From the NCBI GenBank assembly GCA_964106645.2, contig OZ067044.1: a stretch of 64,000 bases of DNA; one strand, written 5' to 3'. This DNA is from Podarcis pityusensis (lineage: Eukaryota). Positions 26,615-38,200 of this stretch are shown piece by piece (positions within the stretch are counted from its first letter, which is position 1; the number at the start of each line of letters is the position of its first letter). The translations under genes were made by a program, and so were the position numbers. The notes below the pieces were generated by a model, which saw nothing but the letters and a program-made list of their open reading frames with translations, was not told the DNA's origin and searched no databases.

Positions 26615-28825
26615 CAGCAGATATTGAAACTGCCTCTTCAGCTTTGACTCATTTGATGTTAATTGTTACAAACTGAAACAGAACAGAATGGGGGTTGGAC
26701 AAGATGATCCTTGGTGGATCCCTACCAACACTACCATTTTATGATCATGTAGAATTACTTACTTTAAAAAGTATGAAACAGAATGTTGTAACTATGCTTC
26801 TAGGTAAATGTGGTTCTTCACTATGGGAATCAATCGGATGCGTGCGCACACAACTGGGAAGGAACACACTCTACCTGGCTGAAATATTAAACATAATTAT
26901 TTTGAAGTAAGGCCCAATGAAATCAGTGGGACTTATTTTTATTTAGATATTTTACACTAGCCTTCAGGACATAAACACCCCTCTCAAGATGACTTGAACA
27001 GTACTTATGATTGGGGTGTAAATATTTTGATGTTTTGTAATAGTTCCTCAAAGAGACAGAATTGTGAAACTCAAGTGCTCAGGGTAAAAAATTTGGGGGG
27101 GAAACAGGCTTTGGTCACTTCACATCTCTATGTGCTGAAGCATATTATAACGATGGCTCCTTATGTCTAAAACTGAATTTTGTTCTCCACAATTGTGCTG
27201 TACGGAGAAACAAATAGCTGTCTCCACTTCTGTTCACCACCAAAGGGAAGCCAACTACTTCATCCTAATGAGAATGTTTCCATAGGGTGATCAGCTGCTG
27301 GATCCAAAATATACTTTGGGTTTCACCTACCAAGCAAATTTTCCAACATCCCAGTCCAAAACCCAGTTTAATTGGAATACCTGGATTTAAGCCACTTAAG
27401 GTTCTACTGAAATCGGCGGTGCCGAGCTGGCCTAAATCCTACTACTTGGGTGTGCTTTTAGCTACAGGGCAGCAGGAATTTAAAAAACCATGCTTATGAG
27501 CCTAAAAGGGGAATCTGTTCAACAATAAACATTAGAGTGTCCTTCAACACTGATTGCCAGAATGCCTGAAAAAGCAAATAGCTGAAAGTGGGGAATTGCT
27601 ACATATTTTAAAGTGCCAGTTTATTCCACATGTGTGTTGTCTTTGGTAACAGGAAACACTCTTTTGCATCTTCATCTTAAAGAGATTAACCCCTTCTCAC
27701 AAAACAACAACTAAACAGGCAATCTGAAGCCAACTAAGAAACATGGCTTGTCTGCTTAACAGTAGGTCCCATTCAGCGGTGAGTCAGTGGGGCTTACTCA
27801 ATGGTAAGTAGTCATAGGACTGCAGCTGAAGTTGCACAAAAAATAATGGAAGAGAATAAATGAACAACTGAAGCATAGTGTAAAGAAAATAATAGTCAAA
27901 ATGATTTTAATGCTTTAAAACAACATTAAATTCTTACAAAGGTTGAAATATAAATTATTACAAAGGCTTCACCTTATTGCATAGTTCAGCACAGTCCTCT
28001 GGTGCCATTATAAGCAAGTGATCTAGTCACCACCATTTCCTTGTAAGGTGAGTGGCTTCGTTAACGCTGTTCTTAAGATTGCCTTAATATTAGTAGAATG
28101 TAGCATTATACGAAAGTTAACCCAATTAATGGGTTAATATAGGCAAAAGAATAGTTAGAAAGTGGTATTACAACATAAAGATTTCAAAATATAACTATAA
28201 AACCTTATATAAAATTAAAACAAACTTTCATTTAAAAACAAAAGCTGGCACTTTTGTAACTAGTAAAATATATCTCTTGAGTTACATAAATCTGCATTTT
28301 ATTATTGTATTTGCAACCAACACAACTGAAAAAATATAATTTCTCATTTTTAAATAATATCAAGTGCAACCCGCTAAGATGCTGCCCTGTGCTACTGAAA
28401 AGCACTCTTGCTTGACTCCCGTTGCTCAAGCAGAATGTCCAGGTGAATTGCACCCATCCTTTTTTATAGGAAGAATCGATAATATTATTGATTTCACTTA
28501 AAATATTAATATGCCTTTATTTACTCAATTCTGGAGGAAAGCTGTAGGTGAAGATTTCATAGTTGGCCAGATTCAAATCCAATGCAAGTTTAATCACAAG
28601 TTCACTCAAAACTCCCAGACAAAAATGCAGAACTGTTTAATGCAATGCCAATGACACATGGCATTTTTAAAGAACACAAAGCCACTTAAATTCAACAAAT
28701 ATTTTTTAACGAAAGCCTACATGCTATTTTTTAATATGTTACCCATTGGCAACTTTAAAGAAATAGTTATTGTGAAGCATAAAGTGCCCATTTTCCCTCT
28801 TTTGATTTATATCATTGTTCTGTTT

Positions 28826-29750
28826 TTACAGCTTACTGTTGACAGAGTGAGGTAATTCAACTACAATTTTTCCAATGTTTTTCCCCATGTACATATAATC
28901 TATAGCGCGGAATACGGACTCTAAGCCAGCGAATTTGCCCTCTGGAGACATGTCTCCAAGGTCCACCTCACAAACCAGTTCTCTGTTTTCACACATTTCG
29001 ATCAAGTGTTTCAAAGCCGTTTGGTATTCAGAAAGGTAATGGTTTAAGAAGAAGCCCCGGATGCTGGCAGATTTCCTTAGCAGCTTTGCTGGCAACATTT
29101 CCACATGACCAGGCTGAAGGCCAGTACGGGTTTGGTAGCCAGAGATAAACCCAATAATGATCAGGCGCCCTTTGGTAGCCAAGGAGCTGACAGCCAAGTC
29201 AAACATCTGCCCGCCGACAGATTCATACACCACATCCACACCTTTCGGGTAGTCCTTCTTAAGGACAGCAGCAAGGTTTTCAGTTTTGTAGTTGATAGGG
29301 TGGTCACAGCCTATGGATTTCAGAAAGCCAGATTTTTCATCACTGGAGCATGTTCCTATTACGTGGCATTTTGCCTTCTTGGAAAGTTGCACGGCAAACT
29401 GACCGGTTCCTCCTGCTGCGGCTGTCACCAGAACCGTCTTCCCGTCAGACAGTTCTCCAAGCTCCTTCAGGCTGATATATGCTGTAGTTCCACTTACCAG
29501 TAGTGTAAGAAATTCGGGTTTCACAGAGGGTACTGGGATGGCTTCTTTGGCAGGAACAATGGTATATTCAGCAAAAGCACCAGGCCTCATGTAGGCCACT
29601 GGTTGGCCCACTGTGTATCTAGCGCTGGCACTTAGGCCCAAGGCTACCACTTCACCAATTCCTTCAAAACCTACATCAAATGGGGGCTTAACTGACGTGT
29701 CATATCGGCCAGCTGAGTAGTTAATATCGGATGCATTAATGCCGACAAAT
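28826..29750 (-). CDS. PTGR3: Prostaglandin reductase 3 / ZADH2, coding exon 2 (925 nt incl. stop)
   Basis: Acceptor tttttgtttgcttctAG|A at 29751/29750 with a CTAAT branch-like motif at ~29771-29775. The split codon AG|A gives Arg, joining [18 protein letters not shown] in frame. MDR-family NADP(H)-binding motif [11 protein letters not shown]; ends [10 protein letters not shown]. Exons total 1224 nt = 407 aa + stop. Confidence 0.97.
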
Positions 29751-31049
29751 CTAGAAGCAAACAAAAATGTATTAGGCTCTTTTTTTTGACAAGGCATTTT
29801 TTTCGTTGTAAGAAAAACCTTTCGCTTAAATGCACAAGGTAAGAAATTTCAATGCTGCATATTCAAATATCTCAAGAGTTGGGGGTGGGGTGGGGGAACG
29901 CCTTCTATGCAAAATGAAAATGGAAAGGTTGTTTTAATCTGGTTTTAGCTTTACCGATAACACAATTTGACATATTTTGTACATGCAAAGCATTTTCCCC
30001 TTGCCTGCTTCATGAAAATAAGAACAATAGAAATGAGTTTTGATAAGCTAGGGAATAAAACTGCTTTTTTCTATTAAAAAAAATACAACAGACTAAAATA
30101 TGAGCAAAGTAGTAAATATGTTGACTCTGGCAATAAATTTACATTTCAGATTATAACAACACATTTAAGTGACTAATGATAACATGAAGTATCAATGTCC
30201 TCTCCAAGGTCGATGGTCATAAGTGTTACTGCAGGCAAATTTAAAGAAAATGGATTGAGTGTCTGTAACAAATTTGCCTTTTGATGCAACTAATTTGCAC
30301 ATTATTAAAATATTTTGCTGTATACAAATTACTCACAACACCTTAAAACAACCTTGAAGGACTAAAATTATGCAACAGTACTTTTGAGCACTATTGACCT
30401 CTAACGAGTAAAAATGAACGTAAGTATTAAAAAGGCACAAGTAATTTAACGATGGGTGGTGAAGTGGCTTATGATGCTGAAATACAAGTTATCTGTACGC
30501 ACACAGAGTTTGCAGCCAATTTTCCCACAGAAACCTGAAAACAAAAATATGATTCTGTCATAAACAGCAATGTGACTGTTTCTCTTCTATAACCAAAAAT
30601 AAACAAATTATGGCATTTAATTATGTGGAAGTGTGAAAATATGTGAAAAATTGATTTTAATGCAACTAGAGAGCTGTTTGTGGATTTATGGTAATTTGAA
30701 ATAGCTGGCACACAGCGAAACAACAAACTGAAGGAAGTGCACTGGCCATTTCTAACTCTAAGAAAAATCTCTTTCATTTATGAAAATGTACAGAGTTCAA
30801 TACAGATAGCTAGATACAGAAATAGATGTGCATTCACAGAGGGAGCTGTGTCTTCTGTATGTCTCCCTAATTCTTCATTTAATCCAGTCTGCCTCTGTAG
30901 CAAGGAACACATTTTTTTTACCTCTTTTTTAGAAAACAAAGGCCTCCCCATCCAGTTAAAATTTACATAACTCCTATTTCCCATTCTGAAAGGGGAGCGT
31001 AAGAGAGGAGGGCAGATTCCAAGGTAAAGGGGCTGAGGTTGCCTTGAGG

Positions 31050-33430
31050 ACGTGAGAAAGGAAAGATCAGAGAGCCAAGGCGCAAGGTCGGAAGGGCTCC
31101 GACACAACACGACAACTCCCTGCTTTTTGCATTACACCCCACGCAACTACTTCTCGCAGAGAGGCTGCTAAGCCAGAGAGTCCGCTGGGCGCGCAATCGG
31201 CCTCATTCATTCATCCCCGCACAGTGTCTCTTGGGCGGCACGGAGAACCCGCCCCCCAGCGCCCGAAGTCACACAGGCAGCATGCGAGGGGGGCTTGTCT
31301 GCAGCCTTCCTTCGGCAATCCTAATTGTTGCGCCCCTTCCCTTCCCTGTCCCGGGCGCTGCAATGCTGGCGCTTGCTCCAACAGCCCGCGCAAGCGGTGC
31401 AAGAAAAGTGACTCCAGAGCAAAGTCGGGGCTTTGTGGTCCGATTTAGGCTGCACTTTACTTGCAACAACCCAGACTCGTTGCAAAGCAAACGGGACTTG
31501 CCAGTTTCACACACCCATGCAAAATGGTACAGAACAGGGCTGAGCCAGCAGAAATGCACAACTTCGGCTTAGCCAAGCAGCGTGCCTGGAGACAGGAGCT
31601 TTCCCCTCGCTGCAAAAAGTCGTATTACCCCTATACTAAAACATCGCTGGCAAGGGCGGGCAGATGAAGACATGCGGCTATAAGGAACAGGGTGGCTTAA
31701 AAAAACAACAACCTGCAAGTAGCCGAAGGGGCTGGAAAACTCAGTCGCACCTTGTTAACAATAACAGGTGAAACGCCCCCCCCCCCCCGTTCACCTCTGT
31801 GATCTTTCCCTCACAAATGCATTGCAACTGAGCACCTGCTTGCAAATGGGTGCGTGTGCAAGAAGGGAGAGGCTCAGCTCCACGTTGCCTATCTATGGGG
31901 CACCCCAGCGAGAAGGGAGCATGCCAGCCTTGGCCCCCAGCTGAGCGGGAGCGCGGAGCCCGGCTGGGTCCTCCTGGGGTCGGCTCAGGGGAGGTCGGCG
32001 GGAGGTCCCCTCCCTCCCAGGCCCCTCCGCCTCCCGCTTTGCCCTCTCTGCCAGCACATGGCCACTTGCAGTTCGCCCTCCCCTCGCGAGGCGAGCCTCC
32101 TCCTGGCGCTGCTCGCGTCTCTTCCGTGGCTCAGCTGGGAAGCGCAGGCAGAAAGTCTCCGGGCAGGCTGTGCAAAGGGAAGGGGGCGAAAACAACGTAC
32201 TTTTAAAAAAATCATTTCTTCCAAAACAGAGTTGCGCCCCTCTCCGCGAGATGCATCAGAAACCTCTCTCCCACCATTCCTCCATCGAACTCGAAGATAA
32301 GGGCTGCGTTTAGAAAACAAGCCCTATCTTTTCCCAGCCTCTGCTCGAAAAAGGGGCCTGCCCTGTCCAGATCTTTCTTTCCGAAGTAGTGGGAACACTG
32401 TTCATTTTCGTTATTAATCAATACCACCTCCAAGTTCTGCTACCCCCCCCTCCTGTATTAAAATACAACTCTGGATCCCAGCCCCGGGGGGGACGGACTA
32501 CGTTCCTATTTCAGCAGTGGTGTGGATAATAAGGGGAATTATTGTGATTTTGCTCTATGTTGTAATTTTTTAAGTAGCTCTGATGAGGTATTCTCAAGCA
32601 GAAATCAACGGCCTCCCTTGCCATTCCCAGGACAAAGTTGCACTAAGGAAGGGGGGAGCGATGCAGGGTTATTTGGCGATTTGTACAGACCCGATCCTCT
32701 ACCTGCTTACTCGCGGGAAATACACGCACTGACAGTAAATCCCATTAGACTCAGTGGAGATTCTGGGAAGAGATGGGGAGGACTGTGCTGTCAAGTCTCC
32801 CTTGGGCTTACTAGGAAGGTCTGCAGCCTGCGTGTCGGTGGCTTCCAAGGGAAGATGCAAGTTCAAGATCAGCTTGCAAACTTGCGTGGAGGAGGAGAGT
32901 TGGCAACCCGCAGTCATTGTTCTCTCGGTTAAGTACGTGACCTTCATCGGGGGGCCTTCGCTACCCTTCTCCCAATTTTGTGGTTTGCATTTCCCTAGGA
33001 AGCGACCCAAGCCTTTCGCAAATATCCAAAATGAGAGCAGCGATACAATTACTAATACTAATACGGATCCGAGCCGTCCCCACCCCAGTCCCCCACTCCA
33101 CAATAATAATTGCAGGCTGACTCGCCCCGGCTTTATTTATACTAACACATTCGATTTGAAGAGAGAAAAAGGGGAGGGGGCGAAGCGTCTTCAAAGTGGG
33201 GTTAGAAAGCGGCTTCGTTTACTCAAAAACAACTTGCAGAAGTCAGGAGAGCGAGGGGGTAGGGCGAGGACCTTGAGCAGGCAGACACAACAAAGTCACC
33301 CAACCCAGGAGCACGCCAGGAAAAGGGGGGAAAGGTCCCAGACCAAATAAGCGCAATCGCTGAGAACACTTCGCCCCACATTCCTATTTTTTCCCCTATC
33401 TCCAAACTCCCTCCCCGAACCCATGTCTTG
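31050..33430. promoter_or_regulatory. Orphan CpG island inside the PTGR3 intron
   Basis: Abrupt change from AT-rich intron to GC/CpG-rich sequence (especially 31080-31700 and 31850-32350); no recognisable coding or TE signature. Confidence 0.75.
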
Positions 33431-36116
33431 CTTCCTACTTTGCTACCCAATTTTTTGTATGATATTCCCTCTCAACAGAAAACAGAACCCCCACTATGAG
33501 ACCCAACACTTTTAATTTTAAAGAAACACATACAAACACGCACTTACACCCTCACTTCCTTGGTCACGTATTAGCTAAGAAACCCAGAAAATGTCTTTCG
33601 GGGTGGGATGGAGCTCAGACAAAGGTACGGAGATATATGAATGGCTTAAAAAACACCCCCCCCCTAAATTTATTTATTTGTTTATTACTCCTGGTCCTCA
33701 ATCCTCTTTTACCGCCCAATCACAGCTCCCACAAAATGATCAGAAGTTTAATGTTTCAAATCGATTCCCAGTTTGAGGGCATTTCTCTCGGAATAAGAGG
33801 CTGGAGTGGATTTTTAATTTTATTTTTGGTGTTCAGGAAATTATCAGAATAAAGGCGAGGGAGCTGTTTTCCAGAGAGAGGGGGAGGGAGGGGGGAGGGA
33901 TACTTAAACAAAATCTTGTCCTAAAAAAAGAAGGAAAAAAGTTAAACGAACTTAAATTGCGCCAAGGCAACATGTGCGTGTGTCTGTTTTACTTGGGAGA
34001 ATGGGGTACTATTTTGCATTATACCATTTGGTCTTTTCATAGGAGTTATGGGGCTAATATGCTTATTCTCCAGGCACCGCAGCAGCTGATTTTCTTTTCT
34101 GTTTCAGTTTGAGATAAAGTGTACAGTATTTTCAAAGCTAGACTACGCTCCCCCCCCCAAGAGTGTGTACAAGGTATTGGGCGTGGAAAGAGAGAGAGTC
34201 CCGTGTACGCTTTCAAGGTAGGCACAGGCGTTAGGTAGAAAGCTTTATTCTTAACACGCTTTATTCCGCACTAATTTTGCACTCTCCTGCCTTGGGTGAG
34301 AAGCTCCAGCAACAAAACCGAACATCTCACGCAAATCCACATGACACAAAAGTTGCGAACTCCAATCCTGTGATTTCTCACACGCACCTTTTGCAAACTA
34401 AAAAAAGATTAAGTGTTTTTTTAAAAAACGAGTTACGATCCTTGGACTCTCTTTGCCTGAGTCCCCGGGTGAATGCTGCTCTAGCCCCCCTTGCCTCCAC
34501 TTCGGAGAACGCACGAGCACATCTTTCCAGTCCCCAGAGAGCCCACCCAGTATCAAGGGCAGGAGGGGAAAGAGTTACATTGAAAACAAAATAAATTGCA
34601 TGCATAAATTTTCAAATTTCATGGGGGAGGGAGAAAGTGTTGCGGGGGAGGAGATTCGAGAACAAGGACGCAGCAATCTTCCCATAGGCAGCAGGGAGGC
34701 CAGGATATATTTTATCTTCACGCAGCATTTTAAACCAGCCGATCCCCCCCCCCATATCCCCCAACCAAAGGAATTTAACTGCAGCATGAGTGAGATTTTT
34801 ATTAAGGCTTCACATATTTTTGCTCTCCAAAATACTATGTCCTGATGACAGCAGCAATTCAAACCTTTGACACCAGGGAGGGCATCTCTCCCTGTATTGT
34901 GGGTGTTGTACATTACATAAAACACGAACATTTTGCTAGGGTTCAGATACAGGTATGATATATGCTGTCTTTCATACTGAAGACTGTGCGTACTGTGTGT
35001 GTGTGTGTGTGTGTAATCCACAAATCATATAATTCTGTGTATTTGTGCTTAATCTATTTTAGCCCTATTGGTTCCAATAGGGCTACACTTACTGAAATGC
35101 AATTTATGCTAGATTAGCAACCAAGTAATCACTTCTAAATATTAAAAAATGGATTGTTAGGGACGAATCTAAGGTCTACCTGAACCTCCTCCAACACATA
35201 GTCACCAAACTCACAATCACACCTTTAGAATTCCACATTCTCCCATGGATTTTTAAGCTTTCCACTTTTAAAGTCTCCACTTTGATTTTAAGATATTCTA
35301 TCATCTAGAAAGGCAGCAGCAGCAGTAGGAGTATTATAATAATAAAAAATAATAATAAATATTGCTAAGATTGTTGAAGTAGAGGTTTTGTTCTACAAAT
35401 TTTCAGGTATATAGAGTGGAAAGCTCAAGGAAGAAAATGAGAACTCAAGTCCTAGTTAGCTACTAACTAGCCCACAATTTACAGCATATTGCTTTAAGCA
35501 AAATGTGACGTCTTTACTTCATCCATGACCTGGATGCATTGCAAAAGCAGCTCAAACCAGGCAAAGGAATCGTCTGAAAATAGTGCTACACCTTGTCGAG
35601 GGCTACAATCCTGATCAGACTTACTTGGAAGTAAAGGTCACTGAAATGAATGGGGTTTACTTCCAAGTAAACATGGTGAGGTCAGGGAGGGGAGCTGCTT
35701 ATCCCCATTTCCCCCCTCCGGTCTGTGCCTTCTGCTTTGCTTTAGTCGTAAAAGGAGGAAGAGGGCCACGGAGTTAAGACACTCAAGAGTGACGGGGAGA
35801 GGTGGGTGGCAGTCATTTGTGGCCCTCTGCTTTCCTGTTGATTTCTGGCTTGCTTAAGGTTAGTGACGTGGAGGACCGAGGTGGGGGAGGGGTGGAGAAA
35901 CAGGCAGAGTTGCACACATAACTTGCTCTAAACAACGTCTGGAGTGTGTTACATGCGCGCGCCCGCCCCCCCCCCAGAAGACTATAAATAACGTCCCAAT
36001 TGCTGTGTATTAATCACACACAGAGATCTACGCAGCTCAGTCAGTTTTACTGTATAAAACAGCCCTCGCAGATCCACAGAGAACAAGTCAGGGGCGCTCG
36101 CTCATGAGAACACACG

Positions 36117-36117
<1 letters not shown>

Positions 36118-36150
<33 letters not shown>
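36118..36150. repeat. (AC)n microsatellite
   Basis: Direct reading. Confidence 0.95.
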
Positions 36151-36152
<2 letters not shown>

Positions 36153-36639
36153 GACAGTTGTAGGAACATGGAACAAACATTTGCAGGCAGAAATCTGGGC
36201 GGGACTTGGAAATCATTTCCTGGTTGCTGAACTCCCTTCCTGAACTCTCCCGTCGCATACAACTTTCAGATCTGCAGATGCACACGATACATTTAAAGCA
36301 CGTTCCACACACACGGCGTCCCGTCCCCCCCCCAAGAATCCCGGGAACTGTAGTTTTCCTAACAGAGGTACAGTTCCCAGCCTCTTTAACAAACTATAGT
36401 TTTCAGGGTTCTCTGGGGGAAACCATGTGCATTGAATGTGCTTTAAACGTAAGGTGTGGATTTGATGGGAAACTATCACCCTTCTTCAGGCTTGTATCAT
36501 TCTTAATACCTGCTGTCCCTCCTCCCCGTGATTCCTTTCAGTTTAACACATCATTAAAAAAAAGAGAGCAGAGGGAGGGGGAGAGCGAAGCAATATACAC
36601 ATTTTACCTCTCAGCAAATGGAAACGTTTCATCATTTGC

Positions 36640-38200
36640 ACAGAGGTGTGTGTGCGCGCGCGGGATTATGGCGTAAGCCATTCACAACAATAAAATTAAA
36701 TCAGCAGTCGCCAGATGGCAGCTGGTACGATTTGATAGGATCACATCGAGTGAATGACTGCGTGCACACGAGAGGGGAGGCCAAAAGGGTGTGAGAAGTT
36801 AGGATAAGCAGTAGGGCAGGGAAGGGGGATCGCATACCCCACCCCCAAAAAACACCCACGGAGAAGATGCAAAGAAGAGTTGGCGAAAAGGGAGAGAGAA
36901 AATGACGCGGGGGAGGGAGAAGCAAAATCTCACCTGTTTCTGACAAGCAGATCGCCGTCTCCCGGGAGTGGCACAGGCGCATCGTGTCGTAGGCTCACAG
37001 CCTCTCGGAAGTTTGAGCTCAGCTTCGTCACCACCAGCTTCTTCATGGTGGTGGGGATGGACGAGCCGTGGAAATCCAGAAAGTGGCGGGAGTAGGACAT
37101 GTCCACGATGGGCCGGGGCCGAGCACCACCCAAGCAAGACCGGAGGGGGCTCGTCCAAGGACGCCGCTGCAGCCTGCACAGCTGAGCTCCCCAAGACCTG
37201 AGCAAGGCGCTGCTCTGGGCGTGGAAACTCATGCCTGATCCCGCATCTCGCTCCGTGCTTACCGCCCTTTGCTCGGCTTTCTCCGCACCCCCTGGGCGCT
37301 CTTTCTTCCTCGGCTAGGAGGGTTCTTCCACAGGCATGCAAACCTCAGCACAGGCTGCAGGAGACAGATTCTGCACAGACCGGTTTGTGTATGTAAATAA
37401 AGTCTAATGCAGCAAGCTGCAGCCTGCCTCGAGACCTCCCTTTCCAGCCCCTCCACAATACAGGAAGCTCAGAGCAGCAGCCGCAGCAAAAAATCTCCTG
37501 CAGCTGATACTGTGCTACCGTCACTAGTATTTTTTTAAAAAAAGAAAAGAAAAAAGAAACCCAACAACAATATCACAGGGACAAAGTTCTTCCTGTTTCT
37601 GCCCAGCCTGCCCTGCCAAGTTGCTGGTGCCGAGGGAACACAAACGTCGCGCGTTTGTGTAGCCTGCAAACAGAACAGACCTAGACCCACACAAGCGTAT
37701 GTTGGTGATCACAGCATCTACGGATTTCTTTCACTGGGGGGGGGGGAGGATTTTTTTTGTGGGGAGTGGTTAATCCCCACGATCTTTCTATTTGAATTTT
37801 TTATGGGGTGTGATCTGCATGCCGAGGAAGGGAGCCCCGTCGTTATTGCATATTAAAAGCTTGCCGAATCTACCACCCCCCTCCCGCTCCTTCCAGCTCT
37901 TTCCTTTAGAAAAAGACCGAGCTGCTCTTCCTATGTTATCTATCTATCTATATATAAAGGAAAGCTCGGAGACGTTATTAGATCGAATAAGGGTTAAGGC
38001 TCGTAGAGAGAAGTTGCAGCTAATCTGGCAATGTTGTTATTAGGAGCCTCCTGGAGCCGCTGGCTGCAGCCACAGGCCCCTCCCCTTCCGTGCGAAACGT
38101 TCACTTCCTCGTAAGGTGGTACAAATCAACCCAGAGCCGCTAGCTACCGCTAGTGGAAACAGCACTTGCATTTGGGAAGGCAGAAAAACAACAGCGATTT
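36640..38200 (-). promoter_or_regulatory. CpG island: PTGR3 exon 1 / promoter
   Basis: CpG-dense sequence over and upstream of PTGR3 exon 1; ETS-like ACTTCC at ~38103. Boundaries approximate. Confidence 0.7.
36934..37232 (-). CDS. PTGR3: Prostaglandin reductase 3 / ZADH2, coding exon 1 (299 nt, phase-2 intron follows)
   Basis: Translation ...[59 protein letters not shown] matches the vertebrate ZADH2/PTGR3 N-terminus as I recall it. Donor AG|GTGAGA at 36934/36933. First ATG at 37232 (GGC ATG A); second in-frame ATG at 37100. Start choice is less certain than the exon itself. Confidence 0.93.

Larger units (their letters stand above)
29751..36933 (-). other. PTGR3: PTGR3/ZADH2 single coding-region intron (7183 nt, GT-AG)
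   Basis: Canonical donor and acceptor with matching phase 2. Confidence 0.92.

Noticed and set aside
27600-28825. A specific PTGR3 polyadenylation site
   Set aside because: Several minus-strand candidates (AATAAA at ~28516-28521, ~28298-28303, ~27620-27625; ATTAAA at ~27906-27911) cannot be ranked without 3'-end data.
29105-29503. 132-aa plus-strand ORF antisense to PTGR3 exon 2
   Set aside because: Shadow ORF of the coding strand with no independent evidence.
29751-29797. ORF-track extension [16 protein letters not shown] of the 323-aa ORF as the PTGR3 start
   Set aside because: It is the branch point and polypyrimidine tract of the intron; the conserved N-terminus comes from exon 1 through a phase-matched splice.
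31211-33450. Overlapping ORFs (up to 198 aa) in the intronic CpG island
   Set aside because: No recognisable protein similarity; expected by chance in GC-rich DNA.
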